A stretch of 64,000 bases of DNA from Mobula hypostoma (Eukaryota), in NCBI RefSeq assembly GCF_963921235.1, contig NC_086097.1, forward strand, positions 156,180,001-156,244,000, in the 5' to 3' direction. Of the stretch, positions 1-10,777 are shown one piece after another. Position 1 is the first letter of the stretch; each line of letters begins with the position of its first letter. The notes beneath the pieces were generated by a model. It was not told where the DNA came from and searched no databases. It was given only the letters and a program-made list of their open reading frames with translations. The position numbers and the translations under genes are program-made.

Positions 1-400
1 TGGATTGAGGAGGCATTCGAGCAAAAGAAAGCCAAATACCAGGAGTGGTAGAGCAGTGCCAGAGACAGGAGTTAACAGCCCAATGCGAGCCTATAGAGGT
101 GGCTTATAGAGGTTGTGTTGGCTGCTCACTCTGCACAACCTGCTCTCTCCTTAGCATTACTGGGTTGAAAAGAAAACAGCCATCAGAACCATCACAGAGG
201 CTGCTGAGCAAGCCTCCAGATGGTTATGGGTTAAGAGTTATGACCCATGAATCAGTGCTGCTGGGAAACATACTGGGGCCTGAATATACTAGCTTTGTTG
301 CATGGGTGAGGGTGCCTGATATTCAAAGACCAAAAACACCCAATGACCTCAGGTTACATCACTGATGATGTGTCACAGCGCATCCTAGGATGTATCTCCG
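1..400 (+). mobile_element. 3' end of an RLE-type non-LTR retrotransposon (HERO-like), frameshifted
   Basis: Across two frameshifts reads WIEEAFEQKKAKYQE / VEQCQRQELTAQCEPIEVAYRG / IRTITEAAEQASRWLWVK, the C-terminal restriction-like endonuclease region. It is followed by a 3' UTR containing cacccaatgacctcaggttacatcactgatgatgtgtc. Confidence 0.7.
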
Positions 401-429
401 CATCACGATAAATGATCAGGATGAAAGCA

Positions 430-1195
430 AGGGTGTTTTGATAAGAAAGCTTGAAGATGAGACAGACGTGGGTAAAGTTCTGGATATTGAGAATGGTTGT
501 CAAAGGATACAGCAGACAATAAATAGTTGTAAATACAGGCAGAAAAATGGTTGATGAATTTTAATTAAGACAAATATGAGCTGTTGGATTTTTGTATCAA
601 ATGCAATAGGTAAGAATATAGTAAATGTCAGGATTCTAAGGAGCATTGTTGTACAAATTGATCTGGAGGAGCAAGTCCACAGCTTATGGAAGTGGACAAG
701 GGTGGTAAGGAAGGGATAAAACATGCTTGCCTTTATCAGCTGGGTAACTGGATATAAAAGTCAGGAAGTCAAGCTATTACTGAATAAGTCTATGATTAAG
801 TTACATTTGAATGGCCTAGGCTGCAACTTTGATTAATTCTATAAGAAGGATATGAAGGATTTGAAGAGGATGTAGAGTTTTGTTACCAAATGTTGGCAGG
901 ATGGGATTGTGCTTTCCATCAAACTTGCAGTGTTTTTGTTGGAGCATTGGAGACTGAGGGGAAACCTGTGAGAAGTATATAAAATTATGAGCATCGACAG
1001 AACAGATAAAGCCTTTTTCCCTCAGGGTGAAAATATAAATTATTAAAGGGGATTGTTTGAATGAGATATGTAATGTGGGTTTTCTGCTCCGGGAGTTTTA
1101 GTTGCCTGGAATCACCACCGGGAGAAGTTGTGGAAACAGATACAAGAGAATCATTTAAGAGGAATTTGGACAGGAACATGAAGAGGCAGGACGTT
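430..1195 (+). mobile_element. Old degenerate CR1 LINE 3' part
   Basis: Decayed similarity to the RT C-terminus and 3' end of younger CR1 copies in this window; no intact ORF. Confidence 0.65.
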
Positions 1196-1359
1196 AATTT
1201 TTTATCCATCTTACAAAACCACCAAAGTCACTTCCTTTCAGTCCTTCCATGAACTGTTATGTCGGGCCTGAAGCTATGTCAGTATTCATCAAGACACATA
1301 TAATATCACTGTGCAAACGCAAGACACTGATGCTTATATTGATCATATCACTTACATTG

Positions 1360-2290
1360 AATCAGAAACAGAATCAGAATCAGGTTTAATATCACTGGCA
1401 TATGTCATAAAATTTGTTAAACTAGCAGTAGCAGAACAATGCAATACATGATAAATATAGAAAAATAAATAAATTACAATAAATATATGTGCGTCTTAAA
1501 AAGTTAAATTAAAAATTGTGCAAAAATAGAAAAAAAAGTGAGGTAGTGTTCATGAGTTCAATGTCCATTTAGAAATCTGATGGCAGAGGGGAAGAAGCTG
1601 TTCCTGAAACATTGAGTGTCTTCCTTCAGGCTCCTGTACCTCCTTCCTGATGGTAACAATGAGAAGAGGGCATGTTCTGGGTGATGAGAGTCCTTAATAA
1701 TGGACGCCACCTTTCTGAGGTATTGCTTCTTGAAGATGTCTTGGATACTAGGGAGGCTAGTACCCGTAATGGAACTAACTAATTTTACAACTTTCTGTAG
1801 CTTCTTTCAATCCTGTGCGTTAGACTCCCATACCAGACAGTGGTGCAGCCTGTCAGAATGCTCTCCACTGAACATCTATAGAAGTTTTCGAGTGTTTTAG
1901 GTGACAAAACAAATCTCATCAAACTCACAATGAAATACAGCCACTGTCTTCCCTTCTTTATATGGTAGCTGCATCAATATGTTAGGACCAGGTCAGATCT
2001 TCAGAAATATTGACACCCAGGAACTTGAAATTGGTCACTCTACTTCCAATCCCTCAATAAGGATTGGTTCACGTTCCCTCATCTTACCCTTCCTGAAGTC
2101 CACAGTCAGCTCCTTGACCTTACTGACATTGAGTGCAAGGTTGTTGCAGACACCACTCAACTAGCTGGTATATCTTGCTCATTTATGTCTTCTTGTCTCC
2201 GTCTGAGATCTGCCAACAATGGTTGTATTATCAGCAAATTTATAGATGGCATTTGAGCTGTGTCTAGCCACACAGTCATGGGTATAGAGA
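1360..2290 (-). mobile_element. Rex1/Babar-like LINE, 5'-truncated
   Basis: (ATCAGA)n tail at about 1361-1382; the minus strand encodes AIYKFADNTT near 2240. Same family as the copies at 25415, 39455 and 42660. Confidence 0.85.
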
Positions 2291-2309
2291 TTGTGTAAGT
2301 GCTCCTGTG

Positions 2310-2515
2310 CTTCCCTTATCCATACCTTCTTGGTCCTCACTACTGGTGCTGCAGTCTTCAGTCTCTGCCTATACTCAGGGAGTAGAAGTACAGCCAGGTG
2401 ATCTGACTTTTCGAAGCGTGGGCATGGAATAGCATGGTAAGCACTCTTGATGGTGGTGTAACAGTGATCCAGAGTGTTGTTTCCTCTGGTGCTACAAGTG
2501 GTTCATTGATGATAA
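2310..2515 (-). mobile_element. Rex1/Babar endonuclease-region fragment
   Basis: Minus strand reads TCSTRGNNTLDHCYTTIKSAYHAIPCPRFEKSDHLAVLLLPEYRQRLKTAAPVVRTKKVW (APE C-terminal SDH motif). Confidence 0.75.
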
Positions 2516-2619
2516 TAATTTAGTTACTTTTTCAAGCTGCCTGGTTAAAATCCCTCTAAATAATGCAGAATGTGTCAGGGTGTGTTGTTTCATGCATGTT
2601 GATAACATCGCTCGGAACA

Positions 2620-2885
2620 TCTAGAGTCAAGGAAGTCAAGAGGAACCCTATCCCTGGTGTGGTGACGGGAGATGGGGTGAGGATAGATGTGTGCAAAATG
2701 GAATAGCTGCGTATGAGGGCAGTGTTAATGGTCAGGAAGGAAAGCCTCTTTCTTTGAAGAAGGAGGATATCCTAGTAGTTCTGGAATGAAAAGCCTCATC
2801 CTGAAAGTGGATGTGGTGAAGATGGAGGAACTGAGAGAAGGAGATGACAGTTTTACAAGTGACTGGGTTGGAAGAGGTGTAGTTC
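2620..2885 (-). mobile_element. Penelope-like element fragment
   Basis: Diverged match to 33730-33975 (aggaggatatc...ctggaatgaaaagcctcatcctga). Confidence 0.7.
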
Positions 2886-3329
2886 TCTCTGGATTTCCAG
2901 AATCTGCACATTTTTCATGTTTGCGTTACAAAATCACATATTCACTTCCTTTCTGTCCTTCCATGAACTGTCATTTCAGATCTGAAGCAACTTTGGTATT
3001 TATCAAGATACATACAATATCACTGTGTAAAGTGAATTCATTGATGCTTAGATTGATCATATCCCGTGTAGGTGAGTTTGTTCGATACACAAGGGATTTC
3101 AGTTGGTTTATGCCAATTACATGCCATATCTAGACAATAGGTGAGCAAGAGTGATCCAAAGCATCCTGTGTTTTTGGTAATAAATGCTCTCATTGTTGCT
3201 CTTTCTGCATAAACAAGGTGTTCATCTTCAGCTCTGCTGGTATCCTACTTATCCCATCTTTCTCATTTATTGTCTACTGTTCATTCAAACAGTCATTCAA
3301 GTGTTTATTCTACGATTCGTTCACGCAGT

Positions 3330-4448
3330 CAACACCACATCAGAGTGTGTGCCTACGAGAATATACCTTACATACCCAAATCAAAAGCCATGGATGAACC
3401 AGGAGATTTGTTATCTGCTGAGAGCTTAATGTGTGGCATTCAATTGTGGTGATCCAGGACTGTACAAGAAAGCCAGGCATGAATTACAGAGGGCTACCGA
3501 AATATCAAAAGAACAATTCCAATTGGTGTTAGAGGTGGAATCGATATGTGTCAACTCAAAATGAAACTTAACTTCACAAGCTCACTCCCAGATGAAATTA
3601 ATGCCTTTGAGGAGATTTTGTATGTCACCAAAGACACTCACAAATGTCTACAGATGTATCTTGGAGAGAATTCTAACTGGCTATGTCATCATCTGTGGGC
3701 ACGTGGCCAAGTGGTTAAGGCATTGGACTAGCAACCTGAAGGTCGTAAGTTCGAACCCCAGCCGAGGCAACGTGTTGTGTCCTTGAGCAAGGCACTTAAT
3801 CACACAGTGCTCTGCGACGACACTGGTGCCAAGCTGTATGGGTCCTAATGCCCTTGGACAACATTGGTGTTGTGGAGAGGGGAGACTTGCAGCATGGGCA
3901 ACTGCTGGTCTTCCATACAACCTTGCCCAGGCCTGCGCCCTGGAGAGTGAAGACTTTCCAGATGCTGATCCATGGTCTCGCAAGACTAACAGATGTCTTT
4001 ATGTCATCATCTGTATGGAGCAAGGGGTGGTGGTTGGGCACTGCACAGGATTGAAAGGAGCTGTCGAAAGTTATGAACTCAGTCAGCTCCATCATGGGCA
4101 TAAGCCTCCACAGCATCCAAGACATCTTCAAGGAGCCATGCTGCAAATAGGTGGCATCCATCACCATGCCCACTCCTCGTTACTACTACTAGGGAGCAGG
4201 TACAGGACCCCGAAGACACAGACTCAATGATTCAGGAATAAATTCTTCCCCTCTGCCATTAGATTTTGAACATTGAACCCATGATCACTACCTCACTGCT
4301 ATTTTTTCTCTGTTACCATCGATGAATTAATGTAACTTTTTAAAAATATGTATATGCTTCTTACTATAACTTACAACTGTCATTAATATGTATTGCAAAG
4401 TACTGCTACCGCATAACAACAAATTTTACGACACATGCCTCTGATTCT
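3330..4448 (+). mobile_element. Internally deleted Rex1/Babar LINE remnant interrupted by a SINE
   Basis: YPNQKPWMNQEI motif at about 3370-3410; RT C-terminal remnant; 3' end acacatgcctctgattct. Confidence 0.7.
3697..3999 (+). mobile_element. tRNA-derived SINE, full length
   Basis: Pol III A box TGGCCAAGTGG (3704-3714) and B box GTTCGAACCC (3749-3758); perfect 15-bp TSD TATGTCATCATCTGT at 3682-3696 and 4000-4014. Confidence 0.9.
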
Positions 4449-4479
4449 TCCCGTAACCTATGGTGCCCACACAAATCAA

Positions 4480-4690
4480 TAACTTAAAACCTCCACTTTA
4501 AATATAACCAGTGGCTTGGCTTCCATAGCTGTCGATGGAATTGAATTCCACAGTTCACACCTTCTGGCTAAACACATTCCTCCTCATCTCAGTTCTAAAG
4601 GGGCATCATTCTATTCTGAGGCTGTGCCATCTGGTCCTAGACTCCTCCACTATTTGAAACATCCTTTGATGTCCACTCTCCCTACCCACT
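4480..4690 (-). mobile_element. CR1 3' fragment
   Basis: Decayed match to CR1 ORF2 end (gaattccacagttcacac, ctggtcctagactc). Confidence 0.6.
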
Positions 4691-5449
4691 TCTCTCAATG
4701 CTGTGAATATTTGTTCAAGTAGTTGTAGGAGCATGGGAATCCACTGATACGAATAGGCACAATTGTTCTCCTTGCAGCAAAGATTGATACAGGATCCCAC
4801 TAGTTTAGAATGCTGCTTAAATAAGTTGCTAATCATTCAGATTTCTATCGTGTTTATTAATTTTGATGCCAATTTTGAGCTTGTTAATTTTGCTCCTGGT
4901 TAGATAAATAAAAGAGTCAATTCTGGTAACAGAAAGATTGCAAGAGAAGAGAATAAGGAAACACAAGTGTGTTCTGTAGGTGAAGAAGTAAGTGCTGACA
5001 TTCAGAGGAATTGACATAAAGAGGGAATTTGGCTGATAAATTACAATCACAAGTGTGTACTTATTCAGATCAGAAGAGTGGAAGAAGAAATCAAAATCTA
5101 AATAGAGTAGAGATGCAAGATGGGAGACGCATCTTGGTCTGGTGGTGAAACTATCTGCAGTAATAGGAGCAAACAGTCAGGGCAGTGGAGCATAAAGAGA
5201 TAACACAGAGCATGGCTAGCTTTTGTGTGATATGCTCAGATTGCTCACTTACTGTAACTGGGATGTCTTGGGTATGGTGATTGTTTATCACAGCAGATCA
5301 CTCACGCATAATAAATCAGGTCTAATTTACATTAATGTTGATGAATTCTCCAACAGATTAGTTGAGCCAAATAACTAACATTGTGATGTAGCTAAAAATC
5401 TGCTCTGTGGTTTCAAGCTTTGAAACTTTAGGTACTTGCATCCATTAAG

Positions 5450-6480
5450 TTAGCTTTCATGTAGCCTGTCCCTTTTGTACAAGTCATACCTTCCCCAGAA
5501 GAGATCACATTGATCCATAAATCTGAAACCGTTCCCCCTAAACCAGTTCCTCAGCCACGCATTCATCAGTCAAAACGTCCTCACGGGCACGTGGCACAGG
5601 CAGCAATCCAGAGATTGCTACCTTGGGGTTTCTTCTTTTCAGCTTTCTACCGAGCTTTCTACATTCTTTCTTCAGGACCTCCTCTCTTTTCCTTTCTATG
5701 TTATTGGTATTGATATGTGCCAAAACATCTGGCTGCTCTTCATCCCCCTTCAAAATGCCATGGACATGATCCAAGATGTCTCTGACCCTAGCACCTGGGA
5801 GGAAACATAGCATCGGGTTCACTCTACTGCATCCACAAACACTCCCATTTAATTTAACTATGAAATCTCTTATCATAACTGCATTCCACCTCTGCCCCCC
5901 TCTTCACTTCTGAGCTGCAGTGCCAGACTCAATGCCAGAGACCAGGTCACTGCACCTCCCCCCAGTAGGTATCCAAAACAGTATATATTTTATTGAGAGG
6001 AACAGCCACAGGGTTACTCTGTACAAGCTGCCTATTGTCCTTCCCTCTCTTGACAGTTACCTGCCTCTTGTATCCTAGGGGTTACAACCTCCCTGTAGTT
6101 CCTGTCAATCATCTCCTCAGTTTCCTTTATGAGCTGAAGGTCATTGAGTTGCATCTCCAGTTCTATAACACCTTCTTTGAGGAGCTGCAGCTCAGTGCAC
6201 CTTGGTGTAGATGTGGTTATCTGAGAGGCTAGAAGTTTCCCAGAATCACACAGCTGCTGGAGCCATTCTTATTGCCCTAGCTATACACTTACAGATGAAG
6301 AATGAGCAAGAAAAATCTTACCAGGGACTTATGTTCCTCACGCCTATTATTTCCCAATCTTGTTGAGCCAAAGCTAAGAGTATCCCCACTCTAAAACTGT
6401 CCCACAATGACCTCTTTGTTTGCTCCTGCTTTATTTTTATTTGACCTTGCTAATGAATCTGAAACTTCGATTGGCCGCTG
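5450..6480 (-). mobile_element. CR1 5' UTR plus ORF1 (SGNH esterase-like), degenerate
   Basis: ORF 5538-5876 has LPGARVRDI...QPDVLAHINTNNI...ISGLLPVPRA, homologous to the copy at 57570-58885. Confidence 0.8.
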
Positions 6481-7740
6481 TCCATGCTCTGTAAAAAAGG
6501 TTATGAAGCGCTGATTTTTAAGGAGGTTCAGTTGCTTGGCATTCAGGATAAGATAATAAATTGGATTAGACATTGGCCTTGTGGAAGAAGCCAGACGGTA
6601 ATAGATGGTTGCCTCACTGACTGGAGGCCTGTGAATAGTAGTGTGCCGCAAGAATCGGTGCTCGATCCACCTTTGTTTGTCTCTACATCAATGATGTAGG
6701 TGATAGTTTGGTAAACTGGATCAGCAGATGTGAAGATAACATCAAGATTGGGGTATGGTAGGCAATGAAGAAGACTATCAAAGCTTGCAGTAGGATCTGG
6801 ATCAGTTAGAAAAATGGGCTGAACAATGGAATTTAATGCATTTTGGAAGGAAAGACTTACAAGGTGAGTGGTAGGGCACTGAGCAGTGTGGTAGAACAGA
6901 GGGATCCAGAAAAACAGATCCATAATTCCTTGAAAATGGCATCAGATGAGCATAAAGAAAGTTCTTGGCACAATGGTTTTCATAAATCAAAGTACTGAGT
7001 ACAGGGGTTGGGGTGTTATATTGAAGTTCTATAATATGTTGGTAAGGCCTAATTTAGAGTATTGTTTGCTCTGCTGGTCACTTACCTACAAGAAAGATGT
7101 AAATGAGATTGAAAAAGTGCAGAGAAAACTTACAACAATGTAGCAGGACTTCAGGATCTGAGATAAATGGAAAGGTTGAATAGGTTAGGACTTTATTCTC
7201 TGGAACGTAGAAGAATGAGGAAAGATTTGATAGAGGTATAGAAAATGTAAGGGGTATGAATAGAGTACATGCAAGCAGTCTTTTTTCCACTGAGGTTGGG
7301 TGAGACAACAATAGAGGTAATGTGTTAAGGGTGAAAGGTGAAAGGTGAAAGGTTCAAGGGGAACATGGTGGTGGGGGCGGGGAGGACATCTTCACTCAGA
7401 ATGTAGTAAGAGTGTGGAACAAGCTGCCAGCAGAAGTGGTGGATGTGGGTTCAATTTTAACATTTAAGAGAAATTTGGAGAAGTACGTGGATGGGTGACC
7501 TGGAGGTAGCTGTGGTTAATGGTAACCGCATTACCCAAAGCAAATGCTCCACAGCCGGATGTAGTTTATCGTCATACCCAGGAGCGTATTAACCATGGTT
7601 GTACTGGAGATGAAATATAAGAAGTGGCTTCCCCTTGCTTGCTTCCGATGCAGTGTCTTTACAAGACGGGTGACCCTGAACATTGTCCTATTAAAAGGAT
7701 CTACTGCTCAGCGTCTGAGAAGCAGGAACCATCGATTGTG

Positions 7741-8596
7741 TGTTACGAGAATACACATAAAATTAAGATGTTTGCTGGCCTGGGCTAGCATCAGTGGCAT
7801 CAGCAGTTGGTCTGCCACCTGCCCTCAGGGGAAGGAGAGATAAGGAACAATGGAGCAGCGTCTGGAGATGTGTAATGGAGGGACGTGGGAGAGGGAGCTG
7901 TCTGGAGCGGCTCCCCCTTTGAACCCTGAACTGTTTGAAGTGGTGGACAGGCGATACCCCAGCAGGGGGATAAAAAGGGACAGGTTCGCTAAGACAGACA
8001 CACACGCCACCCGAGGTAACGAGACCCTGGAAGCGGTACGCTTCTCACGAGTGGGTGAGAAGTACCAGACAACGACCAGGGTGGAAAGGTACGATCAGCG
8101 GGAACCCGGTGTGTGTCCGCCCTTGCCTGGGTGCCGGGTTCACTGCAGAGGATCGACCGCATCTGGAGGAGGGGTCACAGTCGGTGACCTCAGGTGACAT
8201 CACCAAGGACCCGCCCAAATGCTGTTTGTGAGCCATCCCGCTGGTCTGTGAGTGAAGCCGTTCTGAATGATCAGTTGTTCCTATTCTGTCTCTCTTCCCC
8301 CACCTTGTCCATCGCCATGGCAACGATTACTGCGAACTGAACTACAAACTGGACTGAACTTTGAGTCATTTTGAAATTGGTCATTTACCCCTAGACAACG
8401 ATAGAGCTTGATTGATGCTGTTATCTTAATTCTGTGCACATGTGTGGTTATCATTGTTGAATTGTTGCATTTATTATCCTTTCGATTACCGTGTTGCTTG
8501 TTTCTTTAATAAAACTTTCTTAGTTCTAGTACTCCAGACTCCAACTGAGTGATCCATTTCTGCTGGTTTGGCAACCCAGTTACGGGGTACGTAACA
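7741..8596 (+). mobile_element. Solo LTR of a Gypsy family related to the element at 49711
   Basis: TGTTAC...GTAACA termini, 4-bp TSD TGTG (7737-7740, 8597-8600) and AATAAA at 8508. Extensive similarity to the reverse complement of the LTRs at 49711 and 53833. Confidence 0.92.
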
Positions 8597-8711
8597 TGTG
8601 TTACTCACAACTTGCCTCCTACTTCATCCACCACCTGCATTCCGTGGCTTCACTGTAACCCAAGTAGGGAGGCTAACAGGTGCTACACCTTGCCTAAGGG
8701 TGACCTGGAGG

Positions 8712-9456
8712 ACTTCAAGAACTATTCACTATAGTGGCAGCAGAAAATAATCGCAGAGGCCTCTCAATCAACACCAGGAAGACAGAAAGCATGGTCATCT
8801 CCAGAAAGACAAACGTCCCACAATGTGTGATCAAGATCGGAAATACAGACATCAAACAAGTCAACAAATTCAAATATCTTTGCAGCCTAATAACAAGTAA
8901 TGGCAGGTGCAACACAGATATCAAATACAGAATAGCAACGGCGAAAGAAGCTTTCCAAAAAATGAAGACCATATTAACAGACAGAAAGATGAGCATGTAC
9001 ACTAAAAACAGAATACTGCAGTGCTACATTTATTCTATCCTGACTTATGGAAGTAAATACTGGACCATTTCTCCAGCAATGGAAAAGAGACTAGAAGCAG
9101 CTGAATTATGGTTCTACAGGGGAATGTTAAAAATATCATGCACCACACACACATCAAATGAAGAAGTTCTCAGAAGAGCCCAAGCAGTTCGATCACTCAT
9201 ACCAACAATAAGAGGAAGACAACTCAGATTCCTAGGACACATCATGCGGAAAGATGAACTAGAAAAACTCATACTCTCTGGAAAGATTGAGGGGAGTAAA
9301 CCTAGAAGAAGACCTCGGCTTATGTACATCAAAAGCATAGCCAGGTGGCTACACATCGAGGAAATGGAAGTCATCCAAAAAACGAAGGATAGACCTATAT
9401 GGAAAACCATGGTCACCAAAGTCCGCATCGGATATGGTACCTAGACAGACAGACAG
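8712..9456 (+). mobile_element. RTE-clade LINE 3' end (ORF 8734-9444, post-RT region)
   Basis: GLSINTRKTESM, FKYLCSLIT, YSILTYGS, RQLRFLGHIMR and GKIEGSKPRRRPR motifs; (AGAC)n tail. Confidence 0.9.
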
Positions 9457-10777
9457 ACATGGATGGGAGGGGTATGGTAGGAATGGAACCAGGCAGCATA
9501 ATAGTTCAGCACTGGCCTGATGGGCCAAAAGGCCTGTTGCTGTGCTGTAGTGTTCTATGAATCTATGACTGAAAGGTTGTGAAATGATGATAGAATTTCT
9601 AAGACAATATATTTTCAAAACTCAGACTATTACTCTATAATAATAAATAAACTCCTGAACAAACTTGTCAAATTCCAGAGTAAGTTCTCACCAGTTAATA
9701 ACAAATAATAGAGAAGGCTAACAAGAAGAAGTAAAATTTGCTGAACTAATATTGCTATTCAGAATAGAAGGGAGTACTATCATGATGGAGACAAATTTTG
9801 ATCTGATTTCCTACATAATCAGATCCTATAAATAATTTGTATAAAACTCTGGCATTTCTAAATATTCTAGCCTTTGCCTTTTGTACCTGAACCATTAGTC
9901 ACATCATAGTTTACAGACCATACTCCGTAGTTTTTCTGTCAACTGCCATATGAGAACTTCAGTGTGTCTCCCTTGGTTTAATTTGAAACACTTTTTAGCA
10001 GAGTTCCCTTTGCATGCACGTAAAGAAGGCAATTTGCAACTAATGAGTGCTAGTGGCATAAAAGGCCCAGTGGAGCACCCTCACCACTAAGTGGGAAGGC
10101 TGCCAGCTTAAACTTCACTCCAGAGGTCTGAGAACAAAATCTAGGACAGAAGCAGGTTTATACTGCAGGAAGTTACTATATGTCTTTCAGATGAGGTGTT
10201 GAAACAGGGCAATTTGCTCTTTCAATTGATTAAAAGACACTATTGTGTTGTTTTTCAGAGAAAGGTAGTGTGGCAGTGTTCTGACAACTCAGAATACAAC
10301 ACAGAAATCTGACTTCATATTTAACAAGGGCATCTTAAACTCAGTAAATAATCTGGAATTGAGAAAAAAATTCTCCTTAATAATGATGAAGCTATTTGAT
10401 TATTCCTAAAATATAACTTGATATAATTTGATTCATTAATGTGATTAGCTCTGAAATGACCTCGCAAACCATGATAGGCCTTCTCAGAGTCAAGTGGATT
10501 TTACCACTGTTGCCTGCATCCAAGAAAATGAATATAATGAAATTTCTTCCCAGAATCCTAACCTCTTGAACAATGTTTAAATAGTCACTGATTTAATGAT
10601 GCTTGTGCGATCAGGAGCAAAAAAAAAGAATAAGCTGCGGGAGGAATTCTGGGCCAAGTAGCACCTATGAAGTTGAATGAATTTGTATTGAGATCCTGCA
10701 TCAGTGGCTTTTAAGGAAGCTACCTTGTTATGCATTAACGCTGGTAAAAAAAAAAGCATACTTCATTGTCAGTTATT

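Larger units (their letters stand above)
6530..9570 (+). mobile_element. Degenerate CR1 RT/3' end, split by an RTE insertion (pieces 6530-7495 and 9457-9570)
   Basis: VNSSVPQESVLDPPLF and LVRPNLEYC motifs; the 3' UTR resumes after 9457 and ends in ttctatgaatctatga. Confidence 0.75.

Noticed and set aside
3218..3330. Ig-like V exon after the 3072 donor (aag|GT GTT CAT)
   Set aside because: The downstream peptide lacks the Ig Cys/Trp pattern and runs into a LINE remnant.
3697..3772. Possible tRNA gene
   Set aside because: It is the head of a 303-bp SINE with a 15-bp TSD; there is no clean cloverleaf end or terminator.
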